Positions 38,428-50,212 of a stretch of DNA of 64,000 nucleotides are shown here, piece by piece. This DNA is from Epiperipatus broadwayi. Taxonomy: Eukaryota > Animalia > Onychophora. The stretch is taken from positions 13,206,001-13,270,000 of the forward strand of contig JAQFVV010000008.1 of assembly GCA_028023455.1 (NCBI GenBank), in the 5' to 3' direction. The position numbers and the translations under genes were made by a program. Position 1 is the first letter of the stretch; every line of letters starts with the position of its first letter. The notes under the pieces are model-generated. The model searched no databases and was not told the DNA's origin. It worked only from the letters and a program-made list of their open reading frames with translations.

Positions 38428-41400
38428 GGATAATTAATTATATAAATATATGTTTTTTGGCATTTTTCTACAAACGAATTATGATCATTTTGTCATTTTT
38501 ATGTTTCATTCTCTAAAATACTGTAGAGTTAGAAAGCATGTTTTTTAATTTTATATAGACTGTTTATGATATATTTAGTTCTACCAAAGATTTTCTATGT
38601 TTGAGCAATGACTTAAAGACATGTTTAATGAGATATTTATTTTATATAGCGCGATGTTTTTGAATTGTAATAAACTAATAATCAGCTTTTTAATTTCATT
38701 TAAGAATGACATATCATAAATTCTAATAAATTTTGCAGGCGTCATTCATTAAGACACAGTAAAAGTAATTTAAAGTGATTGTTTAATATCTTCACACTCT
38801 CATTTCCAATACTTAAGATTTGCCCATACTTAAATGTTTGGGTTGAAAGAATAGGTGGATACATTCTATTCTTTCACAAAGACTTTATCTTGTATTGGAA
38901 AATGAGAGTATTCATTTATTGTTAAGATCCACAAAGCGCATGTGCATTAGCTTAAAAAGCTGATTATTAGTTTATTAAAGACATGTAAATTTGTATATAA
39001 GGTATAAGATGTTGATTATCCAAATTATACGGGACCAAGAATGGTTTGAATAACTGAGTATATATGGGAGTACCTAGTTTATACGGAACATACAAATTTA
39101 TATTACACAGGTGTGTGTGAACAATTAATAATTATTATGGCATTATATTTAACATTGTAAGCCATTACATGATTACCATTCCTATGCACTGCTATATGGA
39201 GAGGTTGCTACTGTTTAAATATTTAACATTATTAAGCTAGACTTTTGATTGAATACATCTTTGTCAAAGCAAGTATATATTTATAACTATGAATTATTAT
39301 AAAAAGTAATTGATTTAGGAAATAGTTTGTAAACAATAATCAAAGTGCTTTGAACTTAATGTGTGCTTTTATTATAGCTTTAGTCTAAGATTTATTTTAA
39401 AAGTTAGAAGTTAATCAATTTATCAATGTATAAAGTTATATAGGTAAAGTATAATGTAAGTAAGTAATCAACTGATTACTAGTATAAGATTTTTATAAGT
39501 ATAAAAGAAAATTGTAATTTTTAAAAATTACACATTCTGTTATTTAGTTTTAGATGAAAACAAATAGATTATTTCAACTCCTGCTTTTTAAAAACATTTA
39601 TAATATTTACAATATTCAATTGGATGTTTTTTTTTATTATAAAATTTTTATAAATATAAGAAAATTATAATTTTAAAAACTACAGATAATGATTTTTAAA
39701 AACTATGATAACTCAGAATAAAGTGATAATTAATATTATCTTTAATTGATTAATTATCCATTTTATAAAATTATTATCCTGGCTGTTAACTTTAGATGAA
39801 AGAATAAGCTGTTTCAATCTTCTTTTGCTTTATATAAAACATTTAAAAAAAGATGTGTTGCAACAGAACTTTTCAATGAATAAGATTCTTTTTTTTTTTA
39901 AAAAAAATAAAAGTTTAAACTTCTTATTAACTAATGCAATTTTAAATTAAAAAAATTTCAAATCTAAAATGTCAAAAAAATAAATAAAAATTAACAACCA
40001 TAATCATTTTTCTAATGACAAATCTTCACAATAAATAATCAGAAACAAATATATTAAGTGGAAGAAATAATGCTTCAGCATAACAAATAATACATTAAAA
40101 GTAAGATACTGTAATTGTTTTGAGAGGGAATTGAGATAGTGGTAATGTTTTGGATTTTAGAGAGTTGACATAAATAATTTACTTTCTCACTCTGTCCACA
40201 CATTCATATATGATTTTATAGTCAACTTCAAATTTTAAATTCATTTACCAATGATATTTTTTTATTTCTAATAAGCAGTTTTAAGTATTGTCAATGTTTT
40301 TATATTTTTATTTCATAAAATATCAAATAAATATTATATTTATAATCCATATTTAGTTTTATATACCTACATTAAGTAGTGTATTAATTAAAAACCAGCA
40401 CTGAGTGTACATTTATAATACTTACTTACATATACATAAGCTTTTGGAAAGATAATTAGATTTTTATGCATGAAAACTGAACATTTTTAGTGAGGTGATG
40501 ATTTTACTCTCTCATTTCATACCAATTAGCATGGTTTTATATATGAAAATTAATATAAATTATTTACATATTTGTCTTATTCTCACATAAACATCTAATT
40601 TTATGCATAAAAAAATGGTTTATTGCTTGGGTGTTCATAAGTAGTTTATTCATTGGAAGTGACAGAGCTAAAACTATGACTCATGACCTTTGAACTTCAG
40701 AGGTTACCATTTTATCACAGCAAAATCACATAGACATTCATAAATATTTAAGAAAAACTACTAACATTTCTGTCATATTTTTAGATGAATGAAATTCTTC
40801 CATATCATTTGGCAGTGCCTTTAAAAAAATTATAATGCTATACAAAAATTGTGTAAAATGTTTTTTTTTATCATTGTTATCAATAATGCCTATGCCCTTT
40901 TATTGAAAAGCTATTTTTTTCATTAGTCCAAATTGTTAAAAAAAACAAAACAATCTTTCTAAATATGCACTTGGTGTCAATAGTTATAACAAATAAAAAT
41001 ATGTATTGTGTTCTTAATTTTAAATTGTCTGAATTTTCTTTGCCCACTTCTTATGAGTTGTAATACTATATTTCTTCTCATAATCAGTTTTAGAACATAT
41101 TTCATATGAATCATTTCATTTCACTAAATAATTTGTCTTTATTTATTTATAAGAATAAAATACCATGTTAAAACAAACAAACAAAAAAGCAGAACATTTG
41201 GCATCTTATGTACATTTTCATGAGACAACAGGATTAAAGTCTTATTTTTTTAAAAAAAAAACAAACACTCTTATTATAAATGAAATATCTGATAGCCTGG
41301 CTTATTGTAATACATAATCTTGAAGCTGTATAAAAAGCATATGTATTGCTGATACATATATGAAAATAAAAGGTTGGAGTTGCTAGATTTATATTTGTTT

Positions 41401-42224
41401 GCTAATTTTTTTATATAAAATGATTAATAGCTGCTTATCTAAAAGTGGATAATTCACAACCTATTATAATATATGAAAATTTTTGGGAATTGTGTGAAAT
41501 ATTAAATTATGCAATTTCCAATACTTCAACAAAATAATACTTGCCTTTGACTAAGTAAAACCTTCATTTTAACATTCCATAGTTTATTACCTATAGAAAA
41601 TTAAGGTAGACATCATTTTGCACCAATGCAATAACACATAATTTGCAATAAAAATATTATAAAACATTGACTGGGTATTTATCATTAATTTCTTCAGATT
41701 TTATTTTGAAAATTTGCACATAAATACAAATATCAGCTATCATAAAAATAGTGCCTTTTTACACTTATTATAACTTCAACTTAGTAATAACTTCAAGCTT
41801 AATTCATAATTAAATTATAATTGTATTCTAATATGTTTACACACTTCCTTTTATATCATTTCTATTTTTAAATTTTCTTTTAATATATTGAAATAAAAAA
41901 TAAAAATAGTTTTTGAGTGCTTGGTATTTATTGAAGATTTTATAAATATTCAACTGCATTTCTTAAATATTTGACTTCATTATAATAATAAAAACTGCCA
42001 AATTAATATATGTATATATTGTAAAACGTTAAAAGAAAAAAAAAATATTAAACAATGAATTATTTAATGTAAACTAAAAAAAAAAAGTTGTTTTTCTTCA
42101 CAAAAAAAAGTTTAATGGACTTGATATTTTTCTATTTGATTTTGCTTTTAAAATATAATCAAACATTTTCAAAAAATAACCTTTTAAGTACAAATATATT
42201 TTATATACCTGAAGTCTAGATATA

Positions 42225-42370
42225 ATATAGGGGATTTAAACCCAACCTTTCAAGCTCCCTTCAGCTATTCATTCTATTAGAAATTATTTTGTGTGGTCAT
42301 GTATATTAGTGGTGTGAGATAGAGTGGATGACTGAAGGAGCTTGAAAGTCTATGTTCAAATCCCCTACAT
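42225..42370. repeat. ~145-bp foldback with ~50-bp arms containing a B-box-like motif
   Basis: TAGGGGATTTAAAC...TTTCAAGCTCCCTTCAG is inverted relative to CTGAAGGAGCTTGAAAG...GTTCAAATCCCCTA. Confidence 0.6.
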
Positions 42371-43472
42371 TAAAGTAACATTTGTAAAGTGCTTAAATTC
42401 CTCTCTGATAAATGAAAAAATTATGTTTGATAAATTAAAAAAATTGATAGCCATTCAAAAATGAAACATTTTTATGTTGTCAAAATTAGCCAAATATATT
42501 TAAGAGCAACTGTTAATATTTTCAATGATATTCAGAAATATTGCATTTTTTATTTTTTGAAAATTAAATAAAATAATATTAATTAGGAATAAAATTATTC
42601 TTTTATGTGTGAATATTTTTTTAGAATTCCAAAACAGACATATATTAATTACCCTGTTAAATGTTCAGTATTTTTAAGTTTAAAAAGTTGTGGTTGTGCA
42701 TACTTTTAATAATAAACATTTTTAGATGTCTATTTCTATAAAAAATATTTATAAAAAGTTCAATTTTTTATAAAATATTTATATATATTATAATAATTTA
42801 TTTTATAAGTGCCAATTTTTTTAAATAAGTATATGTTCACAATAATTAACTTTCAAATTACTAGGCTACAAATTATTACATTTCATTTAATCTTATAGAT
42901 TTTAATTTTAATAATATTTTTTATACAGATGAATCGTAATCCGCAATTTTAAATCAAACACTGTTCATTTTTTTTTATATATGCATTATAGTCTTATTTA
43001 TAATTAATAGCTCACTGTTATTTTTTGAATCTATGGCTACGGATATTGAGAAAAATGTACCAAAGCATTCTGGGATGTTTTTTTAAATGTCATAACTTGT
43101 TTGTATTTAAATAAAAACCATCATGTTTTTGAGAAATTTCTCCAATAATGCCATCTATTGTAAGCTTGAGTAATCAATGATGCTAGACAGTAGTGCTTAT
43201 TAAATCCTTATCTAGTGCTATCCATGTGGTTTATAACCTTCATCATTGAATTGACTAGATCTAGATTTTTTGGATCGAATGCACTTTTTATTTAGTAGTC
43301 ATATTTTACTGGGATTTTTTAATTATCAAGCTATTATTTTGAAATTCAAAAATATCCTTATGGTTTTGGTATCCTCAGTTTTATATCAACTATTTGTTGT
43401 AAACTTGAATAATCAATATATTCTAGATCATAGTGCTTATTAAGTTTGTATTTAATGCTGTCCTATTCATGT

Positions 43473-43512
43473 AATCAGATAAATTTCTGGCTTATGGCCT
43501 TCATCAATGATC
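43473..43512 (-). ncRNA. Degenerate minimal hammerhead motif
   Basis: GAUCA UUGAUGA A GGC CAUAA GCC A GAA AUUUAU C UGAUU. Confidence 0.55.
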
Positions 43513-43524
43513 CAAATCCAGCCT

Positions 43525-43564
43525 CCTCATTGATGAAAACCATAAGTCAGAAATTATTATGAGG
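43525..43564 (+). ncRNA. Degenerate minimal hammerhead motif
   Basis: CCUCA UUGAUGA A AAC CAUAA GUC A GAA AUUAUU A UGAGG; perfect stem I CCUCA/UGAGG. Confidence 0.5.
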
Positions 43565-44384
43565 AAATGGATAAGATAGTATTGGATACAAAAATAAATA
43601 TATACTATTGTTAGCATTTTTAGATTACAGCATTGGAGTATAATAGAATTTATTTCTGAATATATATTTTATAAATTGGGATCATGTAATGTTTTTGGTA
43701 TTATATCAGTTCTAGCCAAAGAATAAAAGTGACTACAGGTGTTATAAAATTGAGGGCACCAAAATTATAATTCTGTTATAAGCAAGTAGATCTATATTCA
43801 AAACATAAGATTATTAGTTTGATAATAAAAAAGAACAAAAGGTGACTCCAACTCCAAGATCCTTGCTAATGAAGTTCATAAGTCAGAAACTAATCTGACA
43901 ATATGATAGAATAACACTAGATATGATTTTATAAGCACTAATATTTATTGACTTCTTATGTTTTTAAGATTTGTCAGATGTCATCGTATAAGTGTAAATG
44001 TTTTTTAATAATCAATTATTTAAAAACAATAACCTTTCATAAATATATAAATTATTATTAATTTTTTTGCACACATATGCATAATGAAGTGGTTTCTTGC
44101 TTATCTTTATATCATAAAGCTGATATCTCTCATATTATCTATTGTTTCTAGTGTATTTATACTTCGTTCATGTTATATAAATACATGCTATGTTAATTAA
44201 GCCATTTGGCACTAAAGCTAAACTATGAAAGGAGGACATAGCACAGATAATATATAAGATTCTCTCCAATGACCCAACCTGCTCGGCCATATACTAGGAA
44301 TAATCTAGGGCCAATATTTCAACCAGAATAGCATAGCACAAATATTTATATAGACATGCTAAAGGCAATCAGGAATATAAGTCT

Positions 44385-44730
44385 GTATTTTGGGACCACA
44401 AAAACAATATGGTGTTAACTTCAACCCATTTGATGTGTATACAGCACGATGACCAAAAAAAGAAGGTGAGAAAGAAGTTTTGTTTATTGCCAACCATAAA
44501 GATATGATAAACAAAAGAGAAAACGGTGTCCAGGTATCACATAAATGGAATGTTTGTATTTTGGGATCATAAGAAACAATATGGTCATAGTATCAACCCA
44601 CAGTCAGTCAACTTGGTGTGTATGTAGTGTGATGACTAGAAAAGGAAGGTGAAAGAAGCAGGGTTTATTGCCAACCATAAAGATGTGATAAAAGAGAAAA
44701 CAGTATCTAGCTAACATATAAATGGAATTT
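44385..44730 (+). repeat. Two diverged tandem copies of a ~170-bp unit
   Basis: GTATTTTGGGA..A...AAACAATATGG, GTTTATTGCCAACCATAAAGAT.TGATAAA and CA.ATAAATGGAAT each occur twice, about 170-180 bp apart. Confidence 0.75.
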
Positions 44731-45039
44731 AAATGACTTAATTTTTATAGCTTGTATTTGTATAACATGCATAATTATATTGAAGTAATAAATACAGAAG
44801 CAACAAGAGATAATATGAGAGCTATGATTATGGTGCTCATCATAGAAAATGCACTCAATTTAATGATATAAAAATAAAAAAGAATTCATTTCGTTGTGCT
44901 TATATACATGCATATGCAAAATAATTACATATAAAAATGAAGGGAAAATTGATTTTAAATTATTATTAATAAGTTTTTATTATATTAAAAATTATTGTTT
45001 TATTTAATGTTAGATATAGAGTTTAATTTTAATAAAGTC

Positions 45040-45770
45040 CACATCTATAATGAAGATTTTTACAATTATAAGACAAAAATCTGATAGCTCTTTATCAATA
45101 TCTTTTATAGAAAATCTACCCATACAGATATCTCGGTTTTAATTATCTGCTTATATATATTTTTTGTGGCAAAAAGTTTTTTGATAAGAATGTATAATTT
45201 ATCTAATAGGATCATCTTGTCTAAGAAATAGCATTAATTAAAAAAATTTTTTTTTAATATTTACAGTAATACCATTATATATAAAGCTTTATATAGCATT
45301 AATGCCAAGAAAGTAAAAGATGGCAAAGTTGAGAATTCTTCTGCTGGCTTTAAAGTTGTTTTATGTTGTATTAAAGAGGTCAGTGATAAAATTAGTAGAT
45401 GACTTTCTAATTTCAACATTAAGACTACTTTTTTCACTAGCAAAAAATTGGGTGAATTTTTCCATAATCCTAAAGAAGAGCACTTTTAGAATGCCAAGGT
45501 TTCAATGAAATTCCATGTTCATAGCACCCAAGAAATTATGGGGATCAATTGAATAAATGCATTAGTATTACAGCTAGGAATCATAAAAATATTTTCAATC
45601 AATTGATTACCTCAGCTTTTACATTACATTTTTTAGAAAATGGTCACACCCCTGATTTCAGAAATACTAAAAAAAGAGTTTATTGAAATTTTAAAAAGCC
45701 CATATTTCAGCATATTCCAGCCTTATGGAAGCCTGTTACTTTACCTCTTTTTTCTTCTAAAATCATTTAA
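45040..45770 (+). mobile_element. Decayed PLE fragment (thumb + GIY-YIG)
   Basis: YRKSTHTD, VVLCCIKEVSDKISR*LSNFNIKTTFFTSKKLGEFF, EIPCS...NYGDQ, HFLENGHTPDFRNTK. Confidence 0.7.
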
Positions 45771-45780
45771 TAAATTAGCT

Positions 45781-46277
45781 CAGGGGTGGACAAATAGCGG
45801 CCGGAGGGCCACATGCGGCCCGCTAAGACTTTTTATGCGGCCCTCCAAGACAATCAGAAAAATCCACCTTGGACTGAGATTTCCTTCCTGTTGCATGACT
45901 GAATATTCATCTCATATTTTCCACTAGAATGGCCACATCAATAATACATGCGCAGTGTAGATACGATGTGCAGTGATTTTCCAGTTGATCTGATTAATTT
46001 CAATTTTGTCTTTGCATTAGCAAATATATATATTTCCAACTTTTGTGAAACCATGAATGCTCCAAAAAAATGTAAAATTGGTAATGAATGTCATGTGTTT
46101 AGTAAAGAATGGACAAACAAATATTTCTTTGGTAATACAGGGAATAAAGCAGTGTGTTTATTGTGTCATGAAAAAAAGATGCGGCCCTCCGTTAACCTTC
46201 GCTTCCACAAAGTGGCCCCCGATGCGGCCCTCCACCAACCTATGTGGCCCCTGAGCCAAAACAATTGATCACCCCTG
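45781..46277 (+). mobile_element. Non-autonomous hAT (Charlie/SPIN-like) element, 497 bp
   Basis: TIRs CAGGGGTGGACAA / TTGATCACCCCTG; perfect 8-bp TSD AATTAGCT at 45773-45780 and 46278-46285; subterminal GCGGCCC motifs; transposase N-terminal fragment KKCKIGNECHVFSKEWTNKYFF...KAVCLLCHE. Confidence 0.95.
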
Positions 46278-46431
46278 AATTAGCTGATTCTAAATAAAAG
46301 CAGAAATTTTTGTTAATTCCTTTCTATTCTGATTGAACAACTATCAATTATACATATGAATGAGTGGTTTTAATTCACACACAATCTGGTTATTACATCA
46401 CATGATCACCATTTCTTATGCTTGCTCATAA

Positions 46432-46715
46432 CATTAAAACAGGCAAAACTCTCCATACAGTAGTGCCACTCAGTGCAAGCCAAAGTAATCAATGGATGCA
46501 GAAGGCTTGTGCATAAAAATCCTATCTAGTGCCTACTCACCCATTATCCACAGACTAGTTTCTAGCATGTGGCTTTCATCAGTGAGGTGTCATGATCTGA
46601 GAGCACAGTGTGTAGGCACTAGATAGGGATTTTATGCCCAAACCTTCTGGCATCCATTGATTACTCTCGCTTGCACTGAGTGGCACTATTGTATGGAGAG
46701 TTTTACCTGTTTTAA
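46432..46715. repeat. Inverted duplication (~105-bp arms) of PLE-type post-ribozyme sequence
   Basis: ATTAAAACAGGCAAAACTCTCCATACAGTAGTGCCACTCAGTGCAAG is inverted relative to CTTGCACTGAGTGGCACTATTGTATGGAGAGTTTTACCTGTTTTAAT. Confidence 0.8.
46548..46587 (-). ncRNA. Minimal type I hammerhead ribozyme motif with intact core
   Basis: CCUCA CUGAUGA A AGC CACAU GCU A GAA A CUAG U C UGUGG. Canonical core, GUC triplet, palindromic stem III ACUAGU, stem I 4 of 5 pairs. Confidence 0.8.
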
Positions 46716-47444
46716 TCTGGTTATTACTTGAGAGATAACAGTTCTCTAATACAACATTAACATTGTCAAAAATGAATGTGATTTTATCAAATGTTGACAG
46801 TCTTAGCAATCTAATTCAGTGAGGGAATTTTTTATTTCAGTAAATGATGATTTTTTTTGAAGAATTTAAAAATTTTAAACAAGATTCTTTGTGCACTTGT
46901 TAGAATAATTTTCCTACACAGAAAACTAATAAATGGTACAACCCAATACATTTTTTATTTTCATATAATATTCTTTATATAAATGCCATGGTAATCTTTT
47001 TTTATTCATGCTTCATAATCTTGTTTATAATTCATAGGTCATTCTTAGGTTTCAAATATATAGTTGCAGCCATTGAAAAAAAACTAATGTTTTCCAAAAA
47101 TGAATTTTGATCAACCAGATCATTCTGATCAGCAAAACTATATATACTATGAATATTAAAAAACTCTCTATATAAAATAATTTGAATTAAGATTTTAAAT
47201 CTATATTTGAAACTTTTGAATTTCTAAAATAAAACATAAAAAAAAACTATTGAGATTATCAGAACAATTTTAGAACTCTGTCTTCTTTGCAGATTTTTGA
47301 ACATAATAACCAAACATAGTTCCTAAAGGAATTTATATGCAAAATAGATTTAACTTGCTTTATTTTCAAATGTAAAAAGTTAATTCTTGAATGTAAGTTT
47401 TAAAAAATAAAACAAGCAAAGCACATTTTTATATATTGTGACAG

Positions 47445-47595
47445 TCAGATGATGTCTGTTGGTTTAACCCAGTTCGAATACTAAGGGAAAGTACCTCGAG
47501 GCCACCCATATGCGAAATATTAAATCAAGAATACTATGACCTCTGCCCTATTTGCCTATTCTCGAGGCTAATTATGAACCAACAACATTATCTGA
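47445..47595. repeat. ~150-bp element bounded by ~20-bp inverted repeats
   Basis: TCAGATGATGTCTGTTGGTT / AACCAACAACATTATCTGA; CTCGAGGC occurs twice internally. Confidence 0.45.
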
Positions 47596-49928
47596 GCCAT
47601 ACATAAATTATTTTTCAACCGGCCAAGCTTAGCCTCAGTGGTAGAGACATGGACGGGAACACCTACAGAGCTAAATAGTTAAAAGTGCAAAAGTACTAAG
47701 AAATATGTGTGTTGTGTGCCTGGATCATTGAATAGTAAAAATAAAGCATTAAAATAAAATTAGAAAAACTCAAGCTTTTTAGTTAAATAAGGTATTTAAT
47801 TAATGGCTTTAAAATATTAATAATGACTTAATGGCCTCCGCTATTCCCCTAAATTAATGAAAAACTAATCAGATAATAAAAACAGATTAATATGTTTGCG
47901 GTCTAAATCTTTTCTTCCCAATTTTATTAAAATTGTCAACTCGAATCTCCTCGATAAAGTACAATAATAAAAATCTTTCGCAAAGCATTTTCTAATTGCT
48001 TTGTGCTAAAAACAGACAGTTTAAAAATTATTTAAGATGTATATAGCTAAATCAGATATACGTAATAAGCTAATGGCGGACAAAGGAAGTGTTATCGAGG
48101 AGATCAAGTTGGCAAACAAAAGGAAACTTACTCGTATTGAATTTTACAAATATAAATGAAAATTGGAAAGAGATTTAAATGAAAAAATTAACTTTTAAAC
48201 TCAACCGCAATGGAATACAAAATATTTACACATGTTAGTAATGAAGACTAGTGAAGGAAAAAAGGTTAAATATAGATAGATGATCACACATATATATATA
48301 TATATATTTAAGACTAGTCTAATAAAAATGGTTACATTACAAATATCATTAAATAAAACAATTCATAATATAATTCAATTAAGAAAGGTATGAACAAAAG
48401 GGTAGAAAGTAAATAGTTCAATGGAGGAGAGATATGATTACCGTCCTGGTTCCTTGGTCATGTTTCCTACGGTGTTTGTGACTTGATCCGACCATCGATA
48501 GGTATTTGCCCAGACAAGGAAAGTGGAAATAAGTAGCATGCTTTTATGAAAAGTCCTACAGACACGGCACAGAGTTCAGATGACTATTGAGTGGATACTA
48601 AGGCAATTTGATGGTATTTAGGAACCTGGGTGATAGGTAAACCTATTTATTTGCCTAGCCAAGCATAGTAGAATCCATCAAATTCATATGACTTTTAGCT
48701 TGTGCATGTTCAAACTTCTCCATGATTTTGAAGACGACAGTTGTCTAACTTTTTGGAATAAAATCTGCACAAGCAAAATCTGAAAGAGTTCTCCAAAGAG
48801 AATTCTGAATGCCAGCAAGAAAACTTTGAATAATCCAGTCTTTTGTTCTCACTTTTATTTATACTCTCTTGGTCAGCTACCTTCTATTGTTTGTATGATC
48901 TTAGATCTTGATAAGCCCCACTGCACTCCTTTGTTTCAAAGTAACACTTTCTAAAAATAACTTTTACTTTTTTATTCTAAATTTCTTTCTTTAAAGTTTG
49001 AATTTTATTAATTAAAAAAGAAAGAGAAGGCCATCTTTAATTTGACTTGAATGGGCTCACTAATTAAAACATACATTCCTTTAGAAAATGTTGGTGGGCT
49101 TATCTCAAAATGAAATCATACGCCATATTTTAACAAGATTTTAACAAAAAAATATATTTCTTTTAACAAAATAAGCATTTTATTTCAGCAGAATTTTGCA
49201 TTAACTCATATATATACGCATGACGTATATATATATATGTTTGACTAATAGATTTTACAAGTAATTTTTATTAACAGAAATCTAATCTTAGAAATGGAAT
49301 TTATTTAAAATGAAATAGTTAAATGCAAATACAAATTATATAAATGTAATTAATTTTAGCTTTAATGCAAAATTCTGCTGATATTGGACTATAAACTTAA
49401 TTCAGGCCTACAATACTAATTAGGTTTATAGGAGGCTGTGAAGCATGGATCGGACTTCAGATCCATTGCTTCAATATATATATATAATCTACCTTTCATA
49501 CATATGTGCAATCAAATCTTTATACTTGAAAATAAAGCAAATGAAATTAACTTTGTGTGTAAACACTTTCAGTAACTTCTGGCTTATGTTAATATGTTGA
49601 AACATCAGACACTGCTGAAGAATAGAGCTTAGAAGATTCTCTAATGAATATTGGTTTTATATGGTATATGAGCTAGTTTAAAATCATATTTTTTATGAAA
49701 AACATTTTTCAACATAATCATAACATTTCCAGATCATTTTGATATTGTAGAAGTAGTTTTTCTGTTGTTTACAATAAAAATTACATTAGGAGAAATCAAT
49801 AAGCTTCAAATAATAAACTTAGTTTTAATCTTTTTTAAGCAATATTGCTTAGTAATTTGACATTCACATTTTATTTATATAGAGAGCTTGCAAATAAGCT
49901 CTTAACAAGCTTTGCATAATATCTCCAA

Positions 49929-49966
49929 CCCCAGACTGGTTTCTGCTATTGGTATTCTCAGTGAAG
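49929..49966 (-). ncRNA. Minimal hammerhead motif (G8 mutated to A)
   Basis: CUUCA CUGAGAA UAC CAAUA GCA GAA A CCAG U C UGGGG. Confidence 0.65.
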
Positions 49967-50173
49967 TGCTAGGATATTTAAGCATTAGATTAAAAATACC
50001 AGGACAAGCCCAGCACTTTCTTTAATGTATAACTATATTGCTATTTAAGGTATCTGAATTGGAAGACATATGGATATCTGAAAAGTTCAGATTTTTTACT
50101 TAATAGTTATACATTAGGTAAAGTGTTGGGCTTTGTCCTGGTATTTTTAATCTAATGCTTGAATATCCTAGCA

Positions 50174-50212
50174 CCTCACTGAGGATGACAGTAATCAGAA
50201 AACGATCTGGGA
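50174..50212 (+). ncRNA. Minimal hammerhead motif (core intact)
   Basis: CCUCA CUGAGGA UGA CAGUAA UCA GAA A ACGA U C UGGGA. Confidence 0.7.

Larger units (their letters stand above)
43160..43940. repeat. Cluster of four ~130-bp hammerhead-bearing units in mixed orientation
   Basis: Shared post-ribozyme segment (GCACTAGATA...ATAAGCACTA...ATTGATTA) in units at ~43160-43250 (-), 43400-43512 (-), 43525-43600 (+) and 43861-43940 (+). Homologous to the sequence following the 46548 hammerhead. Confidence 0.65.

Noticed and set aside
43160-44730. Repeat-spacer-like periodicity suggesting a CRISPR array
   Set aside because: Units are long, diverged and inverted, in a eukaryotic context with no cas genes.
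47622-47670. A-box-like TAGCCTCAGTGGTAGAG
   Set aside because: No B box, cloverleaf or TSD; at most a SINE head fragment.
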